A model generated the notes under the pieces. That model made no database searches, was not told the DNA's origin, and worked only from the letters and a program-made list of their open reading frames with translations. 21,707 nucleotides of DNA from a virus (lineage: Duplodnaviria; Heunggongvirae; Uroviricota; Caudoviricetes): IMG/VR virus record IMGVR_UViG_2529292922_000023, one strand, 5' to 3'. The position numbers and the translations under genes were made by a program. Of the stretch, positions 7,505 through 17,605 are shown one piece after another; the first letter of the stretch is position 1; each line of letters starts with the position of its first letter.

Positions 7505-8361
7505 TATTCACACTCCCCAACCAGATTAAGAATAACCGCCGCGCCATTGTCTTTCATATATTCGCCCTTTCCGCTTGCCAAAAACCAACGACACACCTCC
7601 ACTGCTTCAGCCCGTGTCACCGGTTTGATGGTCATCAGCAATTTTTCAAGGTAGCGCTCGCGGTCATATACCGATTCGTGATGCTCAGAGTAACCATACT
7701 CATCGCCCTGTTCTTTAGACGCAGTGTGGCGAACACTGTAGAGCCAGTCCCAGTAAACAAACTCACGAACTACGTCTGACAATGTATGAGGCTCTGGCAG
7801 TACATCACGATAGCCATCAACATATGCACGACGCTGATCATCAATTTCATTCATACGGATGCCATCAATTCTGCCCGCTGTCTTCTCGGCTGCAGTCCAG
7901 CCCCAGAGATGATCGTCGATAAATTTCTGGGAAGACTTGATCACTCGCTCGGCTTCCACATCTTCGAGTGCTGCTTCATAGCTACCAAACGTAGCCCTGA
8001 CTGATGTTGCTTTTTTGATATTCTCCCGGGCGATCCTGATTGCCTGTGCCGGGTTATCCATGCCGATGGTACCGAAAGCAATCTGGAAAGGATCACCACC
8101 ATTCGCCAGCAGATAACGCGAATAGCGTTCCTGGGCCTCTTTTGGGGAAATTTTAATTTTCACCAGCGCAGCCTCAGCAGCATCCAGATGTGCGGGTTCG
8201 TTCAGACGGATAACCTCCAGCACCCAAAGATAAGCATCAGTCTGCTTATGCCCGGTGATTCTCCGTTGCTCTGGCAGGGGCTTGATGTTTGCGAGGGCGG
8301 AGCTGTACGCTGCCGTCGGGATGGTGAATAGTGCTTTATGTTCGTTGTTATCAGTACGCAT
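7504..8361 (-). CDS. Hypothetical protein (285 aa), nin-region position between primase and Q
   Basis: Long ORF translationally coupled to primase upstream and Q downstream; no family recognised. Confidence 0.55.
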   Translation of the reverse strand: MRTDNNEHKALFTIPTAAYSSALANIKPLPEQRRITGHKQTDAYLWVLEVIRLNEPAHLDAAEAALVKIKISPKEAQERYSRYLLANGGDPFQIAFGTIGMDNPAQAIRIARENIKKATSVRATFGSYEAALEDVEAERVIKSSQKFIDDHLWGWTAAEKTAGRIDGIRMNEIDDQRRAYVDGYRDVLPEPHTLSDVVREFVYWDWLYSVRHTASKEQGDEYGYSEHHESVYDRERYLEKLLMTIKPVTRAEAVEVCRWFLASGKGEYMKDNGAAVILNLVGECE

Positions 8362-9329
8362 TACGCAACCGCCTTTTTCTTATGGAAAACCAGCTCTCGA
8401 ACCTGATCACCGTTCATGAGCATATTGTTGAAATCATCGTGATCCGGCCAGTACACGCTCACGCGCTGCAGGTCATTCTTTGCCATCAGATTGGCATGAG
8501 CACATTCGCAAGCCGCAGCCAGCCCGGTGGCGCTGTTCTCGTCACGGTCGGCAAAAATAATCAGGTGCAGAACACCAGCTGGTACGCGGAACTTTTTCAT
8601 AAAGCCGCTGTTAATGGTTGCCCAGGTGTTCACGTTATAAATCTGGTGCGCTGACAGCGCTGTTTCGATGCCTTCGGCGATACCCAGAGTGCTAGCAACA
8701 GGAAACATGCGGATAGCTACAGAACGAGCGTGATCCAAATAGTTATCTTCCTGCAGGGATTTGAGGCGCTTTGCACTGCTACCGATATCTGCTTTTTTAT
8801 CACCATCAAGCAGAGTCTGGTGCAGATAGCACAACTCCCCTTTATCGTCCGTAGCAAGTGAATAAAGAGACTGGAACACACTCCCGTTGTGTCTCTGCCT
8901 GGCATTGAACCGGATCGCCTCAGCAGGAAGACTGAATATTCCACGAGAATTAAGATACGCTGCGCCGGATGTACCACGCAGTGCCTCCAGTTTTGAAAAC
9001 TTGCTCAATACCCGTTTGCGTAAGCTGGTGGCGCTGCTGGTTACCGGGATTTTAACCCGTTGGTAATCATTACCGCTCAGGCGGTCTATTTCGGTACAAA
9101 TCTCGTTAAATGGCTTCGCCTGTGTCAGGGTGACAAGTTTCATACCATCGCCACTACCACATACACAGATCCACGTTCCTGCACCGTCGCGGTCATCAAT
9201 TCGGAACTTGCCACGTGCACCGCATACCGGGCATTCACCCTTGAAGTGATTTTTTCCTGTTATCGGCGGCAAGCCGAAGTGCTCTAATATTTCAGGCCAG
9301 CGGCCTTTCGCTGCAGCTGCTGTTTTCAT
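8361..9329 (-). CDS. DNA primase (N-terminal zinc-binding CxxC...CxC motif plus Toprim-like region)
   Basis: GECPVCGARGKFRIDDRDGAGTWICVCGSGDG zinc-finger signature typical of phage/plasmid primases; acidic DRDE-like motifs; coupled to the helicase gene. Confidence 0.7.
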   Translation of the reverse strand: MKTAAAAKGRWPEILEHFGLPPITGKNHFKGECPVCGARGKFRIDDRDGAGTWICVCGSGDGMKLVTLTQAKPFNEICTEIDRLSGNDYQRVKIPVTSSATSLRKRVLSKFSKLEALRGTSGAAYLNSRGIFSLPAEAIRFNARQRHNGSVFQSLYSLATDDKGELCYLHQTLLDGDKKADIGSSAKRLKSLQEDNYLDHARSVAIRMFPVASTLGIAEGIETALSAHQIYNVNTWATINSGFMKKFRVPAGVLHLIIFADRDENSATGLAAACECAHANLMAKNDLQRVSVYWPDHDDFNNMLMNGDQVRELVFHKKKAVA

Positions 9330-9330
9330 C

Positions 9331-10989
9331 TTACTGACTCAAACTGTTTATATTTTTCTGGAGTTGTTGCTTTGCTTGCATGATGCGCCAAGCCTCAGTG
9401 CCTATTGGCATCTCGCTTCGCTCACCTCGTTCCTGAGACAGAGGAATCGTTGCCTGCAATTTTTCTATAGTTCTCTGCGTCCGCTGACGGCCTTTGGCAA
9501 ACCGAATCAGCTTGTGTTTGATGTAGTTACTTACTTCTGGGCTTATTTCCATCGGGAAACTGCTCAACCCATCAGGCCATTCACCGAATTTCTCCCTGAA
9601 AGTGTGAGCACACCATCCATCACTGACTGGACGCCCCAGCGAAGCACGCTGGCGCTGATAAAATTTGATCTGACTCCACCAGGACTGTTTCTCTGCCTTC
9701 GTCGACTGATGCTGATTTTTACCCAGCTTATTAAGTTTGCGGCTAGTGTCAGTATCAACGTCTTCACCTCGCAGCGGCTTGTGTCCACATTTCGGGCAAA
9801 CATAGACGCCAGCTGGCTTCATGTAGTGGCATTGAGGGCATTCATGTGGCAGTTTTTCGGCCCGTTCCTCAACTGCGCGGCGCGCGCTTTCCTCCATGCC
9901 ATCAGACTTACCGGGAAGATCGTCGTACTCGATTGAATCCGGATAACCCAAACGGTGCACGGTGCCGCTGTGATCGAAGATAAGGCAGGACGCTTTACCC
10001 GGTGCGGTGCGCAGCCCACGCCCGAGTGCCTGCAACCAGCGAATTTCGCTTTTTGTTGGCCTGGCGTAGATGATGCAACGAACGTCACTATCGAATCCGG
10101 CTACCAGAACGCCCACACTAACGATGATTTTCGTTGCACCGGTTTCAAAGCGGTGAATGATGGTCTGGCGCTCATCTACCGGAGTGTCGGCGGTCATTAC
10201 CTCAGCGTTAACACCCGCCAAGTTAAACTGGATTGTCAGATAATTGGCGTGAGCTACGTTGACGCAGAAAGCGATGGTAGGTAGATCCCGACCATTCTCC
10301 AGCCAGTTCTGTACGATGTCGCCCACCAGCGTAGAGCCGCACATGATTTCAGCCAGCTGTGTTTCGTTGTAATCGCGGCCGTACTCAAGCGAAGATGTGG
10401 TTTTAACACCTTTCAGATCCGGCTTAGTTGGCGCGTAAAATTCGTATTTACTCAGATCGCCACGCTGGATTAACTCGCCGATGGTGGTCGGCTTAATCAG
10501 TCGGTCATAGTATTTGCCCAGGAACGGAGAAAACGGAGTACCCGACAGGCCAATCACCTTTACGCCTTTGCCGCGCAGACGTTCGATATCCTTCAGGATG
10601 CGTTTTTTACGCAGGTGCGCTTCGTCGATAATCAGCAGATCGATATTTTCAGGAAAAACACGACGAATAAGCGTGTCAGCGCTGGCAATCTGAATTTTCC
10701 GGTCCGGATCGTAGTTCGGGTGATCCGCCCAGATATAACCGATTTCATCTCCAGGTAAACCATACTGCACGAACCGATTAGCCGTCTGACCAATCAGGAT
10801 GGTGTACGGAACACAGAACAGAACACGCATACCACGGCTGACAAAACCAGCAACTATGAAGGCTGCCAGACCCGTTTTACCGCTACCTGTTGGCGAGTAA
10901 ACCATGAAGGTGTCGTTTGCCTTCCAGTCACGGCGCAACATGTTTAGCGCTCGCTCCTGTGCAAAATTCGGCGTGATTGTCAGCTGCAT
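9331..10989 (-). CDS. Superfamily 2 DEAD/DEAH-box helicase (replication module)
   Basis: Walker A SPTGSGKTG, DEAH box (LIIDEAH), motif III-like SGTP, arginine finger region QALGRGLR; C-terminal Cys4 cluster (CPQC...CPKCG). Confidence 0.85.
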   Translation of the reverse strand: MQLTITPNFAQERALNMLRRDWKANDTFMVYSPTGSGKTGLAAFIVAGFVSRGMRVLFCVPYTILIGQTANRFVQYGLPGDEIGYIWADHPNYDPDRKIQIASADTLIRRVFPENIDLLIIDEAHLRKKRILKDIERLRGKGVKVIGLSGTPFSPFLGKYYDRLIKPTTIGELIQRGDLSKYEFYAPTKPDLKGVKTTSSLEYGRDYNETQLAEIMCGSTLVGDIVQNWLENGRDLPTIAFCVNVAHANYLTIQFNLAGVNAEVMTADTPVDERQTIIHRFETGATKIIVSVGVLVAGFDSDVRCIIYARPTKSEIRWLQALGRGLRTAPGKASCLIFDHSGTVHRLGYPDSIEYDDLPGKSDGMEESARRAVEERAEKLPHECPQCHYMKPAGVYVCPKCGHKPLRGEDVDTDTSRKLNKLGKNQHQSTKAEKQSWWSQIKFYQRQRASLGRPVSDGWCAHTFREKFGEWPDGLSSFPMEISPEVSNYIKHKLIRFAKGRQRTQRTIEKLQATIPLSQERGERSEMPIGTEAWRIMQAKQQLQKNINSLSQ

Positions 10990-11100
10990 TGTGCTGTCCC
11001 CGCAGTGATGAGATAATAATTTTGTGATGTGGTTTTCATGGATTCCTCCTCACATGGCTGGTGGTCTCCCCAAAGGCTGCCAGCCCCTTTCCGAATCAAC

Positions 11101-11469
11101 TCACTTAAATTTCGTCGCACGAATAACGTCAATTCCGTTCTCGCTATATCGAAGAGGGTGCTTACCATCCCTGAGCAGGACAAAGCCTGACATCCCCTCA
11201 GGTAGCTGAGCCAGCTTCATCAACGAACGGTTGCGGGGAGACTTCTTATCGACCTCAATGGCACACTGCTGGCCGTCTGATGATGTAACCAGGCAATCAA
11301 TAAACCCTTTACGACCACCGCTAATGCTGATGCTGAAATTGCGTTGCAGATGGTATCCCTGAGACTTGATTTTTTTCTGCATCACATAATCGAAAACGAC
11401 TTTGTCATCGGAGCGAATGAATTGCTCTTCCAGGAGAGTGATTAAATTTTGCTTCAGGTCTTCACTCAT
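11101..11469 (-). CDS. Hypothetical protein (122 aa), possible PD-(D/E)xK-like motif
   Basis: ORF between the IS-disrupted gene and the helicase; segment GFIDCLV...CAIEVDKK is compatible with a D...(D/E)xK nuclease core but this is motif-level only. Confidence 0.4.
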   Translation of the reverse strand: MSEDLKQNLITLLEEQFIRSDDKVVFDYVMQKKIKSQGYHLQRNFSISISGGRKGFIDCLVTSSDGQQCAIEVDKKSPRNRSLMKLAQLPEGMSGFVLLRDGKHPLRYSENGIDVIRATKFK

Positions 11470-11675
11470 ACTTTTTTATCCATCTTGTACTAGCTTTCTG
11501 GTACAGCCGTTTTTTCAGGGGTATCCCCCTTTAGATCGAGATCTACCTAACCTATGTACCCGTCTGTTGGAAAAGCCTGTTCCAGTGCTTCGCACTAACA
11601 CACGGGCACTCCTCCCCCTCCCCTCCTCTCATTGAATTTTGTGCGTACTCTTTAACTAGTACAAAAATGCAATGA

Positions 11676-13980
<2,305 letters not shown>

Positions 13981-13983
13981 TCA

Positions 13984-14256
13984 TCATTCGTTTTTCATAA
14001 CTGCCGCATTTGTGGCTGTGTGACTTCTACGTAACAAATCAGGGATTGCATCTTCAGGATGGGGATAAAGATCTGGTCTTAACCCATGAGGAGTAACTTT
14101 CCATTCCACAACTTCACATACACGCAAGACGAAACGAGCAGGAATTGTTCTTTTTGAAAACCATTGGTTCACAGCTTGCGGCGTAACGCCTAGATTTCGC
14201 GCTATGGCATTTTGTGCAATTAGCTCACGAAGTGCGTCGTAATCATTTCCTTTCAT
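13984..14256 (-). CDS. cro: Cro-like HTH regulator
   Basis: 90 aa, divergent from the cI-like gene across a 134-bp operator region; HTH segment (RNLGVTPQAVNQWFSKRTIP). Confidence 0.65.
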   Translation of the reverse strand: MKGNDYDALRELIAQNAIARNLGVTPQAVNQWFSKRTIPARFVLRVCEVVEWKVTPHGLRPDLYPHPEDAIPDLLRRSHTATNAAVMKNE

Positions 14257-14390
14257 CGCAACCCACCAATCTAAACTTTATAAATTCAAGATTACATCAA
14301 GTTTAAATTAACATGCAAGTCCACAAAAGATCGAATACACTAAAATCAAGTAAAAATTTATCGAAACCAAGTAACCAGCAAGGATTAACA
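14257..14390. promoter_or_regulatory. OR-like divergent promoter/operator region between cro and cI
   Basis: Candidate pR on the minus strand: TTGCAT (fwd 14313..14318), 16-bp spacer, TGTAAT (fwd 14291..14296); ATCAAGT motif copies at 14296..14302 and inside the 13-mer AAATCAAGTAAAA at 14343..14355, which recurs downstream of cI. Confidence 0.5.
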
Positions 14391-15080
14391 ATGAAAAACT
14401 TAAAGAGCACTGAAAATCGAATTACAAAGCTGCTACAGGAGAAAGGCTGGAGCCAAGCAGAGCTGGCCCGAAAATTAGGTGTCAGCGCACAGTCCGTACA
14501 GTACTGGACAACAGGAAAAACATTTCCAAGGGGAAACCGGCTTGCCCAGTTATCCGAAATAAGTGGTTATCCGCAATCGTGGTTTTTAGGAGAAATCACG
14601 TCACGGCAGTTCTCTTCAAAGGAAAAACATCAAGCAAGAACTGACAGTGTGGTCTTTAACGTGCTCGATGTTGAGTTTAGTTGCGGCGATGGAACACATG
14701 TCCGTGGGGACTTTATCGATGTAGTTCGCTCAATCGAGCTTGATCCTGAATATGCCCGTCGCCTTGTTGGCAATAGAGCATTTCAAAACATAGAGATTGG
14801 TAACGCAAGAGGAGATAGTATGGCTCCAACAATAGCCCCAGGAGATCTTCTTTTTCTCGATAAAACAGTGAATTACTTTGATGGTGATGGCATTTATGCT
14901 TTTTGCTTTGATGGTGAATGCTACGTCAAAAGATTACAAAAGATAGGAAGTAAAATCATGGTGTTATCTGATAACCCAAATTACCAATCCTGGAGCATTG
15001 AAAAAGATGCTCTTGAGCTGCTTTATATCCAATCGAAGGTAATCTCATCTGTTCCATTCAATATAAATAGATTTGGTTAA
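14391..15080 (+). CDS. cI: CI-like repressor (N-terminal HTH, C-terminal S24 LexA-type peptidase domain)
   Basis: HTH (GWSQAELARKLGVSAQSVQYW) plus autocleavage domain with GDSMAPTI (Ser) and KRL (Lys); AGGA RBS before ATG 14391; the ORF-track start 14313 adds an unlikely 26-aa extension. Confidence 0.85.
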   Translation: MKNLKSTENRITKLLQEKGWSQAELARKLGVSAQSVQYWTTGKTFPRGNRLAQLSEISGYPQSWFLGEITSRQFSSKEKHQARTDSVVFNVLDVEFSCGDGTHVRGDFIDVVRSIELDPEYARRLVGNRAFQNIEIGNARGDSMAPTIAPGDLLFLDKTVNYFDGDGIYAFCFDGECYVKRLQKIGSKIMVLSDNPNYQSWSIEKDALELLYIQSKVISSVPFNINRFG

Positions 15081-15098
15081 TTATTGATTATTAAAGAA

Positions 15099-15226
15099 AA
15101 ATTTACAAATCAAGTAAAAGAGACGCAGAAATCAATTTTTTCTTGACAACTCCATCAATCAAGATCTAACATCACACCATCAATTTTGACTTGATTTATT
15201 GTTAATTTTAAATTGATGGTGATTCA
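15099..15226 (+). promoter_or_regulatory. OL/pL-like promoter-operator region downstream of cI
   Basis: Consensus -35 TTGACA (15143..15148) with TAACAT -10 (15167..15172, 18-bp spacer); second candidate TTGACT (15186..15191), 17 bp, TAAATT (15209..15214); operator 13-mer AAATCAAGTAAAA at 15107..15119 and reverse copy ACTTGAT at 15189..15195. Confidence 0.5.
15175..15221. repeat. Perfect 12-bp inverted repeat CACCATCAATTT / AAATTGATGGTG
   Basis: Arms at 15175..15186 and 15210..15221, 23-bp spacer, spanning the second candidate promoter and ending 5 bp before the ATG at 15227. Confidence 0.7.
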
Positions 15227-15655
15227 ATGAAAGATCTGACAACCGCTGAGATATCGAACTTAAACCACTTCGAAAAAGAATCCTTTGCATTAAATATTGC
15301 AAATCTGGTAGGTGCTGCTCGTACTTTCCATTTAATTGATGGTGATCGCTCTAAAGAATTGGGGTTTGAAGTCATGGAGTTTGTTCATGAATACGCCCTG
15401 TCTGCTACTTATCCATTACATAATCACATAATCAACAAACAACCAAATAAAATCCGCACCCAACGCGAAGCCTGCGGCTTAACAACCGCCGAACTCGCCA
15501 GGCTGCTCGATCTCGATGAAGAAATTATCATCCAGTGGGAAAGCGGAGAGTACGAACCAACCATCAGCATGCTTATCCCTCTGGCTAATGTTCTTGGCTG
15601 TGATCCAATGTTGTTATTGACTGATGCTTATAAACAAAATCAGGAGGAAGCATAA
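15227..15655 (+). CDS. HTH (XRE-type, C-terminal) regulator, HigA/Aca-like architecture
   Basis: 142 aa; C-terminal HTH (GLTTAELARLLDLDEEIIIQWESGEYEPTISMLIPLANVLG) with about 80-aa unknown N-terminal domain; first gene after the IR/promoter. Confidence 0.65.
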   Translation: MKDLTTAEISNLNHFEKESFALNIANLVGAARTFHLIDGDRSKELGFEVMEFVHEYALSATYPLHNHIINKQPNKIRTQREACGLTTAELARLLDLDEEIIIQWESGEYEPTISMLIPLANVLGCDPMLLLTDAYKQNQEEA

Positions 15656-15656
15656 G

Positions 15657-15848
15657 ATGAAAATGTTCAAAGGCCTTACCAACGAACCGGAGACAGCTTT
15701 TCATCACATTGCCGTACTGCTTGAAGCGGGGTTAATCATTTCGGCTTCCGGTGATGAAGAATGTGATGAACTTTCGGATGATATCTTTTTACTGGCACAA
15801 CAATACGCCAAAAGCGCATGCGATGCATTTAAGGAGCAAAGAACATGA
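15657..15848 (+). CDS. Small acidic protein (63 aa), unknown function
   Basis: AGGAGG RBS 9 nt before ATG 15657, immediately after the HTH gene stop; acidic composition (DEECDELSDD). Confidence 0.55.
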   Translation: MKMFKGLTNEPETAFHHIAVLLEAGLIISASGDEECDELSDDIFLLAQQYAKSACDAFKEQRT

Positions 15849-16036
15849 TAACTCCATTAAATATTCTTGAGGAAGTGGCGGCACAAATAAAAGAGAATAC
15901 ATCAATGCTTGAATTTATATTTAAGAATTCGCCCGACCAAGGAGAGACAGACGATTATTTATGCTGTCTCATTCGCTCCATGAATAAGACCTGTGAAATG
16001 GCTTACGAGTATATAGAAACACTACGCAACGAATAA
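15845..16036 (+). CDS. Small acidic protein (63 aa), unknown function
   Basis: ATG overlaps the upstream stop (ATGA coupling), AAGGAG RBS; acidic, Cys-containing. Confidence 0.55.
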   Translation: MITPLNILEEVAAQIKENTSMLEFIFKNSPDQGETDDYLCCLIRSMNKTCEMAYEYIETLRNE

Positions 16037-16220
16037 AGAACACTCAGTAAAAAATCACACATAAAAACATGACGGCCTCTGGTCGTGGATTTCCACAACC
16101 AGAAAATAATGGTGATGCATGAAAAATAGAAACGCTTATAAAACCGCATTATTAATGGCTAATGCAGGATACTGGTCAGTTGCAATACTGTTTCTCAGAA
16201 AAGCATACGGGAAATAACAA

Positions 16221-16580
16221 ATGGCATGTACAACCATTTATAAAGATCGTCGCCGCATGGTAACAGCGGCACTCCGGCGGATGCAACGTAAAACAGGTAG
16301 TAATCTGCTCGTCGTTGACCTCCCGGACGGAGAAATAACAACGATAGAAATAACTGAACAGTTCATGAACCAGTTGTTATTACGATTTGAGGGTCTTACC
16401 CGTGTTGAATATGGACGGACGGAAGGAGAAGCAACAATCCGTACCGCATACCAGAATGCCATCGGTATTAATCAACACACGGAATATCTCACTGAATCAG
16501 GGAAACTGATAGTGGACGGCCTTTTAAAAGAGGTTGTTGACTACGTAAAAGAGAAATATATCAGTGGAGGAATTAACTGA
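16221..16580 (+). CDS. Hypothetical protein with N-terminal arginine-rich segment
   Basis: 119 aa; N-terminus YKDRRRMVTAALRRMQRK is arginine-rich; preceded by a 184-bp non-coding region. Confidence 0.5.
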   Translation: MACTTIYKDRRRMVTAALRRMQRKTGSNLLVVDLPDGEITTIEITEQFMNQLLLRFEGLTRVEYGRTEGEATIRTAYQNAIGINQHTEYLTESGKLIVDGLLKEVVDYVKEKYISGGIN

Positions 16581-16789
16581 TGTCTGATTTATCCCCTCTT
16601 ATACACGAAAAAGTACAGATCATTATGACGATTGAAAATGGTCAGGTAATAAATACCCGTAAAGTTCACAATAACGAGATGATTGCCAGCATGGATACCT
16701 TCTTATGGATAGCAAAGAAAGCGGGATATCAGGTAATCGCTCCTGATCTGGAGGAAATCGGTGACATTAACAGCAATACGAATTCCTGA
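16580..16789 (+). CDS. Hypothetical protein (69 aa)
   Basis: GGAGG RBS; ATG overlaps the upstream stop (TGATG). Confidence 0.5.
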   Translation: MSDLSPLIHEKVQIIMTIENGQVINTRKVHNNEMIASMDTFLWIAKKAGYQVIAPDLEEIGDINSNTNS

Positions 16790-16982
16790 GTGGGTGCACC
16801 TGCAGGCGGTCCGTGTTCTCCGCCAGTTCAGAGCCAGACGAATTCATCCCTGTCGTATGCACGGCTCCGGAAACCTGAGTCTGAGGGTTAATCGCCGCTG
16901 GCGGCTGCTGTCCCGAGACGGCGGCCAGAACTGGGAAGTAATGAGCCATGAACGATACAGCAAAGTTAAGGACCGGAAATGA
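16761..16982 (+). CDS. Hypothetical protein with weak HigB/RelE-like C-terminal resemblance
   Basis: GTG start with GGAGG RBS 6 nt upstream; C-terminus LSLRVNRRWRLLSRDGGQNWEVMSHERY loosely resembles the HigB C-terminal motif (…WRITF…YEDYH); shorter than typical HigB and overlaps the upstream ORF by 29 nt. Confidence 0.3.
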   Translation: MTLTAIRIPEWVHLQAVRVLRQFRARRIHPCRMHGSGNLSLRVNRRWRLLSRDGGQNWEVMSHERYSKVKDRK

Positions 16983-17012
16983 ACAATAAACCTTCAAACC
17001 AAAAGGAGAGTA

Positions 17013-17594
17013 TTGATGATTAATTCAACCATTACCCCTGAACCTACATTAACAGGCATCCGTTTTGGTAATCGAATTATTGGTTATTCAACTGCGGTTC
17101 GCCAGATCGACAACGGTAACTATGACAAACGAATTCCGGACGGGCTCGATCTGATAGCTTGCATTATGGAAGGGATTGAAAGCGGCTGGTTTATGCCGTG
17201 TATTGAAAAACAAATCATCCTATGGCGCTGGCTTGTTGTCGCCGTGTTCATTGCTGAGGAGCAGGAGAAGAACGGGACTGTCGATGTTCAGAATGACAAG
17301 GGCGGCGTAGATACAGCCGTTGTATACACAGGAAAACCCGGTTCAATCAGCATTTATCCATGGTCTGAGCGCTTCGCGCTCGCTAACCATATCGAGGCGG
17401 GCGCAATTGAAAAATACGGGCCTGACGTTGGCCAGCAGATGGCGCTGCGTATGTATCAGGACATGGTTGTAACTGACGAGAAATGCGGATTCAGGCTGTC
17501 AGCGATGGGCCGGGAGGGACTCAACATACTACATGACAGCTTCATTGAACTGATTCAGAAAGACGGTATGCCAGACATGCCGGTTATGCACTGA
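17013..17594 (+). CDS. Hypothetical protein (193 aa)
   Basis: AAGGAG RBS 6 nt before ATG; no family recognised. Confidence 0.6.
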   Translation: MMINSTITPEPTLTGIRFGNRIIGYSTAVRQIDNGNYDKRIPDGLDLIACIMEGIESGWFMPCIEKQIILWRWLVVAVFIAEEQEKNGTVDVQNDKGGVDTAVVYTGKPGSISIYPWSERFALANHIEAGAIEKYGPDVGQQMALRMYQDMVVTDEKCGFRLSAMGREGLNILHDSFIELIQKDGMPDMPVMH

Positions 17595-17605
17595 GGTGGA
17601 CGAAA

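Noticed and set aside
9364-10284. Plus-strand ORFs (9364..9936, 9955..10284) and minus-strand alternative-frame ORFs inside the helicase gene
   Set aside because: Antisense or out of frame relative to a helicase ORF with clear Walker A and DEAH motifs.
14313-14390. Upstream ATG giving a 26-aa N-terminal extension of the cI-like repressor
   Set aside because: No RBS, overlaps the candidate pR -35, and the extension is low-complexity; ATG 14391 with AGGA RBS preferred.
16767-16997. 76-aa minus-strand ORF opposite the HigB-like ORF
   Set aside because: Antisense to the operon direction, no RBS, low-complexity translation.
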